Shown here: positions 12,053 through 24,920 of the stretch, in pieces
How positions within the stretch are numbered: the first letter of the stretch is position 1
How the letters are laid out: the number at the start of each line of letters is the position of its first letter
Source: Paragordius varius
Lineage: Eukaryota > Animalia > Nematomorpha
DNA: 64,000 bases
Direction: 5' to 3'
Assembly: GCA_964247055.1 (NCBI GenBank)
Contig: OZ176050.1
Span: 1,922,001 to 1,986,000, forward strand
Made by a program: the position numbers and the translations under genes
The notes under the pieces: model-generated
Told to the model about the DNA's origin: nothing
What the model saw: only the letters and a program-made list of their open reading frames with translations
The model's database searches: none

Positions 12053-14307
12053 TTAATATCGCTTAAAATTGTGAAATCTTTGCATAAAATAAATGCAAAA
12101 TACTTCATACCGTTCACACATGAAAAAAATTTCATCATAAGTATATTTTAGTAATTTTAATAATGAATTAATTATAATAATAGTTGTTATATTATATAAA
12201 CATCCAGTTATATTAGCAGATGAGCGCTTAGCCTGGAGAATATTACCGAGAATTTGTAGTTACTGGGCAGATAGTTTATCGATTTAAATAAAAAACATCT
12301 ATTATGTGATAATTCTGGCGCAGGTTAGATTTATATAATTAGAAAACACTTAAAGTTATAATGTTATATTACCTTAAAAAATTCTAATTTAAGACGGATG
12401 TTAATAGTGCCATTGAGTTTGAAAAAAATTAACAGAATGCATATTTTATTTTTTTTTTGTAAATTATTTCATATATTTTGGATGAAAATAATAAAAATGA
12501 ATTTTAAAAATTTCGAATCGTATGCGAAATCAATATTCCATTCATATCACTGGACAATAAATTTTCTACCACTCGAGTTTTCTGATATTTAGTATCATTC
12601 TAACAGTAAATCTTAAATAAAAATTATAACCCGATGGAAGAATTTTGTATAATATAATTTTTTTGATTTGCGCCCTCTTTATCAAAATTTTACTAAAAAA
12701 TGTTTTTTCTTGAAAATATACAAGTAATGCCCGTTTGTAAAATATCATTCCAAAGAGTAATAAAATGCATACTAATATGTATTACATCGACAGTTAATAT
12801 TGGACACAAAGAGCGACAAACGCGCGAAGCGAGAACACTTTTTTTAATTATTATATTTTTAAAACTAATGGATGAAAATAGTTCAAACTTTGTTTAGATG
12901 GTGATGAATGTCCAAGATAGCACAAGAAAGTTTTTTTGGTTAAAAGATTTTTTATTGCTTTTATGTCACTCAAAACAGCCATTTTTAAGTATTTTGTTTT
13001 TTAAAAATTACCATTTCATCAATATTAATTTAATTTCTTTACGAGGCTGATAATTTCGAATTTTAAAGATAAAAACAAAGTTTAAGGTATTTTTGATCTT
13101 AGCCATTATGTAATAAATTTACATTTATAACTATGCATTTTAGTATCCACTAGGTAAAATATTTATGATAATAATAATTTTTATTAAAAAAGCAAACCAA
13201 AAGCTTTTTCAAACATTTTTTTAAATTAAATACTAATCTAACCCTAATACTTATATTAAAATAATTTATATGATTTTCAATTTAGTTTGTCTGTGAAAAT
13301 TCTTGACTTATTTAAGGATTGAAAATTTCGACCATTTAAATCCAAATAACTTTTACATATTGATTTAAATGACTTACTACAGTTTAAAAGATGCAGTTTC
13401 TTGCGCTCTTTCGAATGATATAAAATACATGGCTTCATATCTAAAACTTTTAATTTTCGAAATTTCGAGTTTAATGTTAAATCGGGGCCAAAAATTATCG
13501 ATAAACTTTAATATAAAAAAATTCTTGCATGCTAGACCAATTTTCTTTTCAGATATATTAATTATGTACTTTAATAAAATAAATTTTTATTTACAAGAAT
13601 GGCAGTTAAAAAAGTTAAATAAACTTACTAATCTTACGCTTAACTTTCAGGTCAACTGCGATTTTTATCACCGCACCATTGTGTTAAACAAGTATCATAA
13701 ATTAAATTAAGACCGCCCTATTTAGTCGTTTTTGAATAGTATCAATTGCTTGAGCTATAGTTCCAATTCATATCAAAGTGCTATAAACACGTAATATATT
13801 TTTGATGCCGCATATCTAAACCATCTATTATTATTAAAGTACCTCGCATTCATATCATGATAGTACCATTAAGGTAAATTTTAAAAGTAAATTATTACTC
13901 TCTTTCTTTAGGACGAAGTAAAACCGAAATGTTACAGATCAGCATTTTGTTTCCGTCATGCTAAGTAGCATGAACAGGTTTAGCAAAATTGCACTAAAAA
14001 TCAAATTTATGCAATGTGGTTTGGTAATTTAATAATACACAATATATATCGCACATGCCATTTCAACGTTTGTTGTAAAAAACTAGCAATTTTAAAATTG
14101 ATTAAAAAATAAGACGTGCAAAAATTTTATTATATAATTCAACAATATATTAAGAACAAATTCATTATTTTAAATAATTTTTAAATTATCTGGTCTCATT
14201 TATAACAATTTATAAATGACCTCTAAGCCTCACCAAGTACTCCATTAGCTTGATATAAAATTTGCATTGAAAGACATAAACGTATGACATGGATTAGCAT
14301 GTGGTAA

Positions 14308-14609
14308 ATGGAATTTTTCCTTCACCGTATCAAAACTTTGGCTAAGAGAGCCCCCAATAGAGGTTAAATATATTTATTAAGTAAAAGTTCGAAGATCAAT
14401 CTTTGATTCCCAGCGATCTAATCCAATTGTGTTTTGGACTGCATTTGTTGTTGTTATACGTATTTATACTTTAATTTAAAGATTTCCCTCTCTATTCTTA
14501 CCGTATGTATAAACGTTCTTTGGAAAATGATCAAAATACAATTTATAAAGCTCAATACACTGTTTACCGCCCTGATGATATAAGAACAAAGAATATAAAA
14601 TGGATTTAA
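14308..14609 (+). CDS. NDUFA3: Small single-TM protein, NDUFA3 (complex I B9 subunit)-like, 84 aa; exons 14308-14362, 14388-14459, 14482-14609
   Basis: Introns of 25 and 22 nt; MEFFLHRIKTLAKRAPNRVRRSIFDSQRSNPIVFWTAFVVVIHFPLYSYRMYKRSLENDQNTIYKAQYTVYRPDDIRTKNIKWI*. One hydrophobic helix then a YKxxYxVYRxDD motif recalled from invertebrate NDUFA3. CDS well supported; family assignment moderate. Confidence 0.65.
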
Positions 14610-14635
14610 TTATTGTTAGTATATTTTCATAAAAA

Positions 14636-17405
14636 TTATAAATGCAAATGATATATTTGATTCCTGTGTAAAGATTTCCGACAAATCGGGCAAGTTTGTG
14701 AATTTTTGAAACAAACTCTAATACACTTTTTACAAAATATATGTCCGCATACGGTTGCCATTACTTGATTATCATCATCGCTTAAAATCTGAAGATAATA
14801 AATACCGAAAATATAAACATAAAAAATATACATAATAAATCATTATCTTGATAGTGAATAATTTTGGTATAATAAATATTGGGGTTTTTTGAATCGAAAT
14901 GTCTACTATTTAAAATTTACATCCATTCCAACAAGATAAATATAGATGCTGCGTCCTGTTTTTTTAATAATATCGATACGTACTTTACTTTTAATGTGAA
15001 AATACATGAAATAGGTTAATCTAAATTAAACTATTTTCAAGTTGTGTAAAATTTTTAAGAAATAATTATCGAATTTTTACAAAATATTATTATATGTTTA
15101 TCAAAGAAAATAATTTTAAATTAAACAATATATTTTATATGTATTTTTGGCTATTTTTCCAAATATAATAACGACAAAAGGTTCGAGATGAGGATTTTTA
15201 TAATTACTGTTTTAAATAATGAGCCTAAAATTATATGGCCTAATATCATATAATATTTTTTAAAATATAGGAATTTGAAATCGCTTTAATCTAGGATCCA
15301 AAAGGTATTATGGAGTTACTAACGCACAGTTTATTATCGTATTAGACAAATTTAGGCTGTTTTTTTACATAATAGGATCAATGTCTCTAAAAGATAGCTA
15401 TAACACATATTCAAATGATTAAAAATTTAGGGTAAACTAAAATAAATATTACTATTAACTTTATTTGATAACTAAAGCCGCTAAAACTATTATAATATAT
15501 ATAATCATCTTGTTTCCTATACTATTTTACAGCTTCCCTTGTTAAACGAGACATGCGTTTAAATATTCCAACAATAATTATTAATTTTAAATACAAAGTG
15601 TGTAGCGTAGCACCAATTTAATCATAAGAAAATATTACATCTAGTCAAAGTAGCCACAACCTTTCTTATCGTATAAAAAGTTGTTGGTGAATTAATCTTA
15701 CATTCAAAAACATGTTATATTTTATTAATAATTTAAAAAAATCGCACGGATGATAACCAGCCAACCGTTACCATTACTAGGATTATGTTGGATAATATGG
15801 CGCGACTGCCTTTTTTTAAAAAAAACAGTCAAAAATATTATCAGTTGATATAAATAAATATAATTGTTGAAACTCAAATCAAATTTTGTTAGGGAAAGCA
15901 TTTACAAGCCGTCCACGTATAACAAGAAATAATAAGGTCGCATTGCCCAAATATACTATGACAACGAATTATAGGTTTAAATCAAGGGTGTACAACACGC
16001 GGCCCGCGAAAAATTTGGGTGTCCACAATTTTCAAAATAATTCTTACAAAATTTTTGCAAAATTATTAATTTTATAATTAGTCCACCGAATTAGAGATAA
16101 ATTAGAAATTAATTACTAATGTTTAAAATCTAATAAAAATTTAAAAACACTCGTTTAATTTTATGTGACCCGCGAAGCCATTTGTGTTGGAGATCGCTGG
16201 TTTAAATAAGTGTAACTTATTTTAAATGATTCTAATAACAATAATTATTGATCCCTTTCTGCCGAGTCGAATGAACGAAACATTAGGTAATGAATGTAAT
16301 TGTATTAAATTTGGTTCGGTACAAAATTTATGTATAAATCAGTCATATTGTACTGAAGTATGATAAAAATTTGGATACCTTATTTTTGAGTTTTAAAACG
16401 AAGGCCATTATATGTCCAAACTTGGAATTTTCGAGGCTCACGGCATATAAGCAATATAAATATGAAATTCAATTTGTTTTGTACTATATATATTTATACA
16501 AGTAAAAGGGCACAAAACAATTTTAGATAAGGAAAAGAGTTGGCTTACTTTTAATGTAATCTAAAATTAAAAGTATCTAACAATAAAATTATTGTACAAA
16601 AATTTATTATTTGTTAACCGTTATAACCTTTATATTGAATCTTTATTCCCAATTATATGAACACAACATGGTCATACAAAACTATTGAAACTTTACAAGT
16701 TAAGGTTTTTACTTTTAATTTAATTATTATCAAATATTGATTTTATGATAAATATAATTTCGAAACCGTCCATATTAAATTAAGCAAGCCTCCGATAAAA
16801 ATATGGAATATTCAAATTTGTGATAAAAATAATGATATTATAGATTATAATACTAAAAATGGCCTTATCTATGTACACAAAATTATTGCTCAGTTATTAC
16901 ACTAACGAATAATAATGGTAAAAATCATTGAAAATAAGATATCAACCACATTTGAAGCAATATAATATATTTAGGTATACCTATGTGCTATAACGGTTAA
17001 ACACTACCAGGATTGAGATTTGACCGGTAAAAAGAATATATTTTTTAAATAAATTAAAAATTAACCTACACACAAATATGGTAATAAGATTAACAAATTT
17101 CCTCAATTCAAGACTCTATATTTTTTTAAGTGTTTATGGTTGAAAGAAAATAAACTTTGTCAACTATAAATTTTTAAAAATGATATCACAGACTGGTCAA
17201 AAATGCATCAACAAAATACTAAACCCAACCCCAATCTCTTCTACAAAGAAATTACCAATGTAATTTTGATTAAAAAAATAAAAAAATAAACCAATGTGTG
17301 CTCTTCCAAGCAAACTCCGCATATTATAGGTTTATTTGTGACTGATCTAAAATTTAGGCATATCATAAATACATTTTAATATATTTCATTACCTTTTCAA
17401 TCCAC
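14636..17405 (-). CDS. RNF4-like C3HC4 RING exons, copy A (17292-17346 and 14636-14788; possible 13-nt micro-exon 17393-17405)
   Basis: SVTNKPIICGVCLEEHTL|ILSDDDNQVMATVCGHIFCKKCIRVCFKNSQTCPICRKSLHRNQIYHLHL*: complete RING only if a 2503-nt phase-0 intron is removed; spacing and C-terminus resemble RNF4. 5' end uncertain. Confidence 0.8.
15983..16199. mobile_element. 217-bp hAT (Buster-type) MITE inside the long RING intron; second copy 28193-28406
   Basis: Ends CAAGGGTGTACAACAC...GTGTTGGAGATCGCTG; 8-bp TSD GTTTAAAT on both sides. Confidence 0.75.
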
Positions 17406-18642
17406 CTCGACAGTTTACAACCAAGTTCAAATTGATAGTTAATAATTATAATCGGTAATATATAATTCATAATTTTTTTTTATTTGTATTTTTTTTTATA
17501 TATTAAAAATTATTTTTTTTGTTTTACTCAGAAATCTTAATACCGCTAAAAAAATAACTATCTCTAGTTATAAATTTTTAAGAATAAATATTAGAGGATA
17601 ATATTTTTATATAATTTAATTTATGCGTGAATGAAAAACTGTTGAGGTAGAAATGTTCGGTTTAAAATAAAAATTAAATTACATACTTGGGATTGTCATT
17701 GTTATAAGCTACAAAAATAAAATAAAATATATATTCATGGTTTTCAAGTAATATGGTTAAATTAAAACATGTGAAATTTGAGGTTTCCATGCTTTGACAA
17801 AGTCATCTAACAAAACGGTTATTCTTTTAAAGTACTTAAATTTACCAGAATCTTAAATTTATTGTTTGTGTGAGAAAAAATGGATCAAAAAATTATTGGT
17901 TAAGAACTAATTAATAATGTGAATATAAATATATATGAATTAAAACAATTTTATGTATTCCCTAAATATATCAAATGGAAGAATAAGTAGTATCTCTAAA
18001 GAAATTCGTACAATAAAAAATTCCATAATAATTATACAATGAAATGAAAGAAAAATGGTGAATTAATTAATTTTTGTAAATACAATGAACGAGCAGGATT
18101 TGTACATCCAAAGGCCGATGAAAGATGCTAGGAACAACTTACAAATTTATGGAAGAAAAAGAATTAATGGGTAGGAACATTATATATATAGTCGGATTCA
18201 ATACGAACCAAACAACGAATAAAATCATCCTATTATATTAATAATATAATTATGTTATTGACTAAAAATTAAATTTCGTATAGCTTTACAATTAATGGTA
18301 TTTCAAAGAATAACTCATATAAAATTAACATTTTATGTTGTTATTATATACCAAAACACATAAAATAGAAAGTCATTTAAAGGATAACATGGGAATGGCA
18401 TGGTTCTATAGAGAACATGACAGAAAAAGGTACAGGTATTTACGAATAAGGCCAAATAAAATAATCACTTGAAACAAGCATCGAATACAAAAATTGAAGA
18501 CAAAGAAATTAAATATAAGCTTCTGTTCAAAAAAAACCATTAGAGACCATCTACCAATTAGAGATGCGTTTTAGCTAAGTTTTTTAAAAAAGAGCCTATG
18601 TATGAACAAAAGATGGTCGTCCACTGCCAACTTATTCCAGTT

Positions 18643-19288
18643 TCAATATATAAATAGAATCGCTGCCGCTGCACAAACTAATACTCTTACTTATGACTAT
18701 TGGACCCGTTGATAAGATATACAAAAGCACTAGACAGAAAATATAAAATGGTCGGGTTATTTGAGAACTTAACAATAACTATTTCGTTACTATTTGGATT
18801 TGTCATATGAGCATTGAACGACATTGGATAAGAATAACATTTTATGCCGTTTCGAGCATGCATCAAATATCTTAATGAACTAAAATTTTATTTTTAAATC
18901 TGAATATAAGTTTTTTTTCGAAAAAATATTGGAAAACAAATAAAAATTCTAGCCCATTTTGACATGTTTTTGAGACTTTTAGAGCGCAAATAAAAAATTA
19001 AATGATACGAATAATGTGCTTTTTTAATATAGCATTTGCACTTAAAGAGTGTCTTTGAACACTTCAAGTTGGTCCTTCAACTTTTCAAATTGTTTTTGAC
19101 GTTAATAATCAAAACCTATTCCCTGATTCAACCAACTTTTGATCATTCAGAAACCGTATATCTTCTTGAAGTTTTTTTAAAACTCTAAATCCCCAAAACT
19201 AAACAAATAGAGCTTTTCTTCTATCAGAATCGGGATTTTGTACAATGTATAAATTTAATATTGGTAGTGTTAAATAATTCAAGGTTAA

Positions 19289-19325
<37 letters not shown>

Positions 19326-19732
19326 GTTGGTGATCCAATTCAAATTTTTTGTAAATGAAACCTAGGGCTACTAATGGGGAAAAATGATGCAATATCACAA
19401 AAAGCCTAGTAAAACTTTTATATCCGAATTTAATAAATTATTTACTAACCATTTTTTTATACAAATATAATAAAAAGTCTTTTTTATACCATAGTTTTCC
19501 ATATTAATCAAATTATAAATTTTACATGTCCTTTTTTTCAATTTTACAATGATATTTGTGACTAATTTTAAATTTTATCTCCAAAATATATTATATAAAC
19601 ATTATACCATTTAAAACTTTATTTGATGGTATAGGAGAGTTAGAGATGTGGTCATTAAAATCGGATGAGTTGAAATTTTCAGATGAATCCGAACTTGACA
19701 ATGGACTTCCTTCATCCTCCGTTAATTCAAAT
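18643..19732 (-). CDS. Duplicate exons of the acidic gene in copy A (19608-19732; candidate tail exons 18691-18729 and 18643-18668); no upstream exons present
   Basis: 125-nt exon FELTEDEGSPLSSSDSSENFNSSDFNDHISNSPIPSNKVLN differs from copy B by one synonymous change; exons 1-5 lie beyond the duplication breakpoint. Confidence 0.55.
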
Positions 19733-20754
19733 CTAATTATAAAGTTTATTAAAATTTTAATGTAAGAAAGTTATAGCGAACGTAACCGCGATTTAAAAGG
19801 TTTGCCAATTTTTTTATAGCAAAAATTTAAACATAATTCTATATTTTCCAAAAAATAATGGTTGAAGGCGAATTTGGAAAAGATTGCTTTAAATCTCATT
19901 TGTCCCAATAACGTCAATTATGCACCTAAAAATAAAGTCTTTTATTTTGAATTAACTCAATGATTAAGCCCTAAACTGATGAAAAAATTAGGCTTATTAA
20001 AAGTCACCAGCACAAAGTATTTAAAGCAGTATTTGAAATACAAGAATTCCATTTAAAATCCATCGTACAAAAATGAGGTTAATAGAATAAAAACATTATA
20101 TCAATTTCAATTAATTATATATCTCTCATAGTTGAGCAGAGCGAAAAATCTATTCAATTTTAAGTGAGATTCTAAAAAGTTTTTATATACGGAGCAAAAT
20201 AAAATATTTCAGTCAAAGCTTTTATTAAAAGAACTAATGTCAACTTTAAAGCAAATATCATTCATATAGAGCCACTTTTAAATTTATATTGGTTCTTTTA
20301 TTTAGTATTATGTTAAATTTTGTATAATTACAGTATGCATTTTAAGCTTATTCCAGCAGGACAATTGGCAACACAGTAGTGTATGAAAAAAACAACAAAA
20401 CGTTTACAATTATCATAAGTTTTTTCAGCCAATTAATGCAAAAAAATATATTTATTAACTCAATTTACAATTAATTGTTTCGACAAATAAACACAGCTAG
20501 GGATATAAACACTTTTAAATTTTTGTAAATTGTGGATACATGGCCATTTAAACAAATTATACCTTGAAAATACTAAATAATTTTTGGAGACATAGAAAGT
20601 ATTATGATTTTATTCAATTTTAATGTATATTTCTTTTTGTTTTATTTTACTTTCGTACTAGTCAGAATTTACTTTAGAAAATTATATTGCTGAATTACAT
20701 TGAGTATGAACATTTTTGCTAGGCCTTTTGACATTATCGGCCAATGGGTAATAT

Positions 20755-22860
20755 CAGGTATTGAGGGACTGCGAAAGCCTGTTCCATGTCTACAAACGCA
20801 TAGTCGAGAGGAAGATTTCTAAGGTGAGCATTTTTTAATTGGCAGTTTATAAATATTGCATCTATAGTACCCTTGTTTTTGGAAAATCCAAATTGCATCG
20901 AATCTATGGTGCAGTGTCGAATCAGATTTTTAAAGATTTTAAAGCCATGTTCTAAGATGCGTATGAGACGAAAGTTGGAAACGTTAAAACGTCTTCTTTG
21001 CCCTTATAAATTGGGATTGTATAGCTTTTTAGCCAATCAGTGAGTATAATATTATTTATTGCTATGTTGTTCGCAAGATTTTTTAAATAATCTACAAATA
21101 AATTATGATCTAGGGCTTTAAATACATCATTTGTGATTTCCGATAAACCTGGCCATTTATTACTTTTCAAATTCTTTAAAAAAATTCCATTTCTCATTTA
21201 TAAATGGTTGAAATGAAGAATATGTTGGAGAGGGTTTATTTTTCTAGGCATTTTCGGTTTAAACTTAAAAAAATGATTATATCATGTGGTTTTTATAACT
21301 TGGGCGTCGTGGGTATTGTAGTAAATCGAGAAACCGTAAAACAATAATATTTGAGATAAAATCAAAAACTAAATTATATAAAGTTTGCGATGTTTATATA
21401 CATTTTGTGAATATAATATTTACATGTTAAACCAAGGTAAAATAACGTGTGCAGGTTAAATACAAAATTGATACAATAGTTTAATTATATTAAAGGTCAT
21501 CTTAAATATATTCAAATCTAATATATGAATTTGTCTAGTCTAAGGTTAGCTAAACAAATGTATTCAAATCTATCAGTTATATCGGGTAATCTATTGCAGT
21601 TGTTTCGGCTTTTATATTATCATGTTTTTCCCATCTATATGCAGATTACGAAGATATAGCTTTTTCAAGTTCTTAGCCTTTTTCTTCACACATACTATTA
21701 TCGGGTAATCTAATTGCAGTCGTTTCGGCTTTTATATTATTATGTTTTACCCATCTATATGCAGTTAAGAAGATATAGCTTTTTCGAGTTCGCCTTTTTC
21801 TTCACCCATTTTTCTCATCGTTGCTCTGATCGCTTTATGTCAATCTTTCTTAGTTTGGATATAATTTATTTTGCTGTCAGCACTTTTTTCCATTTTTGGA
21901 AGGCAGATTCTTTTTCTTAATTATATCTATCACGGATATTTGCCACCACCATTTAAATGCTTTTTTATTATTAGATTTCATGCCAACACTCTTCTCCAGT
22001 GACTCAATGCAGCTATATTTAAAGGTATTCCAAAGGTGTTCCGGAAAGGTTGTTTTTGAAAGGGAATTTTCCGTGTCGAGCTTCAATCTATTATTGATAT
22101 TATTATCGATTAATTTTTTATATCTAAATTTAGGTTCATTTTGTTCAATGGCTGATTGTCTTGATGTAGATTTATTTAATTAAGCAATAGTGAGTTTGTG
22201 CTGTAGTTCTAAAGCGGGGATATATCTAATATTTTTAAGATTTGTCTTCTTTTCTTGATATTATATCAATCATCGAGCGATTTATGCTGGATTTATATAG
22301 CAAGTTATTATCATTTTTTTTAAAAAAAGGTATTAATCATGGATAAATTTACTTGCGAAATCTAATAATATTTTACCATTTTCAAAGTCCAGCACTTCCA
22401 TGTACTGAATGTAAAGATTTACAGCAGTGTGAGTTTAGGTCACCCCCGATAAATTGAAATCAGTGTGTGGAATAGCAGTGACTTTTTCATATAAAGCCAA
22501 CCAGATTAATCCTTACAGTCTGAATCACAACCGATTTGTGGGGTGTACAAGGATAAAATATGATAAATTTTTTATGCTAATAATCTTTCAGGTGAGTAAT
22601 CAATCGATATGATATTGGGTACAATGGAATTTTTGACACAAACTCCGACACCTGATGAACGGCCATTAGATCCAGACCAGAATAATTTATAATCTAGAAT
22701 GCTTTTACCACCAGTGTTCTTCCAGCGGGTTTCTTAGACGCAACATATTTCGATGTTCTTGTAGAAGAGCAAAACTGCTATTTCCTGGCTCCTTCTGGTT
22801 AAAGTTGTTATATTCAAAGTGGCCAAACGAATGATATGATTAGTATGGTGCGCATCCTTA
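20755..22860 (-). mobile_element. Decayed RTE-clade LINE (APE endonuclease through RT N-terminus), 3'-truncated, at the duplication junction
   Basis: APE peptides IRLATLNITTLTRRSQEIA, ICCV*ETRWK and YKLFWSGSNGRSSGVGVCV; 20755-21175 is closely similar to the RTE copy at ~8150-8573. Confidence 0.82.
21580..21810 (+). repeat. Two-copy tandem repeat, period ~119 bp
   Basis: TATCGGGTAATCTA(A)TTGCAGT...GAAGATATAGCTTTTTC repeated from 21580 and 21699. Confidence 0.8.
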
Positions 22861-23503
22861 TGTTTTGTTATAATAACTAAATTTTATTTAGATATTTCGG
22901 CTTATTTATATAATATTTTTTAGGATAGAAGCATATAAATTGTAACCGTTTCTCTCAGTATTTTTTTTTAAAATATCAACTTAAATATAGGGTGGGATGA
23001 TAAAAAAATCGCACTTGACTTGTAAGTCAAGCCTGGCAAGTTGAGCAAGTTAACTTAAGCCAGCAAGTGTGCACTTGCAGATCGGTGATAAAAAAAACTC
23101 TTCAGTCAAGTCTTTTGCTGAATGTAACATTTTTTTGACACCCAATTCGAATTTTATGGGAATTTTTTTGATCATTTTCAGCCAAAATTTATAAAATAAG
23201 GCACAAAAAGATATACTAATACAATATGCATTTGAAGTTTTTCAAACTCATTGGCAGGTATCTTATTTAATATTATAGAGTTTTCTAAATATTTAGCCTG
23301 TTAATAATTTTTAGATTGATGAAACCATTCGCCTTTAAAATACTTTTCATTATTTACCATACTACATATTTTGTTTGGAATCAGTTGCAAATATAATGGG
23401 AAGATGTTGATACAATATAACATATTATTATTTTTCATTGATAATCAACAATACATTCGGAATAAATTTATGATGAAATAAATTCTTTACATTAGTTAAT
23501 AGT

Positions 23504-24920
23504 AATCTGACCACATATTTTGAACCAGGACGCAGTACAAAATTAAAACATACTTTGCCTGTTACACCATCGTGTGGTATATTACACAGTATCCACAAAA
23601 AACAATTTGATGAAATATATATATTCTGATAGGAAAATATCAGGATTATCATGGTGCTTTTGATTTCAACCTTTGGGAGTTGTAAAAGGTGCGAAATTTT
23701 TTTAAATATTTTTTGATGAAAGCTAAATGCTTTATTTCAAATATCACTAAAATATAACATAAACTACATATAAAAAGCAAAAATATTTTTAAAATTTAAA
23801 ATTTTTACATGTGGGCTCTTTTAAAATGTGATGTTCTCTTAAACACAAAAATTCCGACATTGTGCAATAATTTTAAATATATACTAAATTTTGATATTAA
23901 CTAAATATATTTTTTAAAAAAACACTTTCAAAATTTTTGGTGAAGCGTAATATTATTTTGACCATGATGGAAACGATATAAACGGTTGAGATGTTATATC
24001 ATTCTATATATACCATTTACAGTTCAAATTCACCCTTGAACAATTCAAATTTACCCTTGAACAATTCAAATTCACTTTGAACAATTCAAATTCACCCTAA
24101 AAAAATTATGTGTTTTCGAACTAATATAACTGATTATTAATATGAAATATATGTTTATGGTATAATTTATTATTTTTTCAGTATTATTTTAATTTAGAAA
24201 ATATTTATTTTTGAAAAATATATAAAACATAGGTAATTTTTAATTCTTAAAAAACATATATTTTATTTGAGGGTGAAATTGAATTGTTCAAGGGTGAAAT
24301 TGAATTGTAAAAGGGTAATATGATACCCCCACCTTATGATTATAGAAAGGAAAAGGTTAATTCGAAATAATATGCCATATATGTCAATTTTATATAATAT
24401 GTTACGGGAATAACAATTTTCTATATAATTTTCCGTTTAACAAAAAATGAACTGTCTAAACATGATCAAACATTTATTAAAATATCATATATCAATTTTG
24501 TTAATTTTAAATTTTGAGGCATCTCTTTTTGCGGAAGCCCTGAGGAGCCATTAGCTTGAATCTTAAGGCGTGGAGTCCGAAATTTACAGTTTCGCCACTG
24601 TGCAATAGGCTGCAATCCTAAGTTTTATGTATAATTCAAGCAAAAAATAAAATATTAACCAATTAAAATTGAGCCAATCTTAGTTTTTACAGCAAAATGA
24701 ACCATTTCTCTCCAAATTATGGGATTATTTTTACTCAGGGCTATATTATATTCTAAAATATTTTTTTTGAATAAATAAAAGGTAATATATATATATATTT
24801 ATAAAAAAAATAAATTATTTTTAATTTCAAAAAGCAGTACAAAAGTGGGCGCAGCACTGGCGCAGTTTTTTTCTGAAAATCCAGTACTGTACTGCGAAAA
24901 ACAGCATATCTGGTCACTAT
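23504..24920. mobile_element. Insertion of unknown (possibly Mutator-like) family inside the Harbinger-like MITE
   Basis: Host sequence AGTTAATAGT duplicated at 23494-23503 and 24921-24930; degenerate inverted ends (TGACCA..ATAT..TG...GCAGTACA); part of its interior recurs at ~60240, ~61950 (reverse) and ~63440. Confidence 0.55.
24013..24315. mobile_element. Foldback MITE with 20-bp subterminal tandem repeats (TTGAACAATTCAAATTYACCC)
   Basis: TA|CCATTTACAGTTCAAATT... on the left with inverted counterpart at 24280-24315|TA; the same left end recurs at 42677. Confidence 0.7.

Larger units (their letters stand above)
11907..20754 (+). repeat. Tandem segmental duplicate, copy A (paralogous or allelic to 22876-33512)
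   Basis: Collinear similarity along the whole length; many small indels in non-coding DNA and near-identical exons; carries ~1 kb (about 12550-13600) absent from copy B. Confidence 0.92.

Noticed and set aside
15886-16077. ORF MLGKAFTSRPR... conserved in both duplicate copies (also 28096-28284)
   Set aside because: It runs into a MITE, lies antisense in the RING intron, and its conservation is explained by the duplication.
24013-24100. 20-bp direct repeats resembling a CRISPR array (also 42690-42770)
   Set aside because: The repeats are contiguous with no unique spacers, there are no cas genes, and they form MITE subterminal repeats in eukaryotic DNA.
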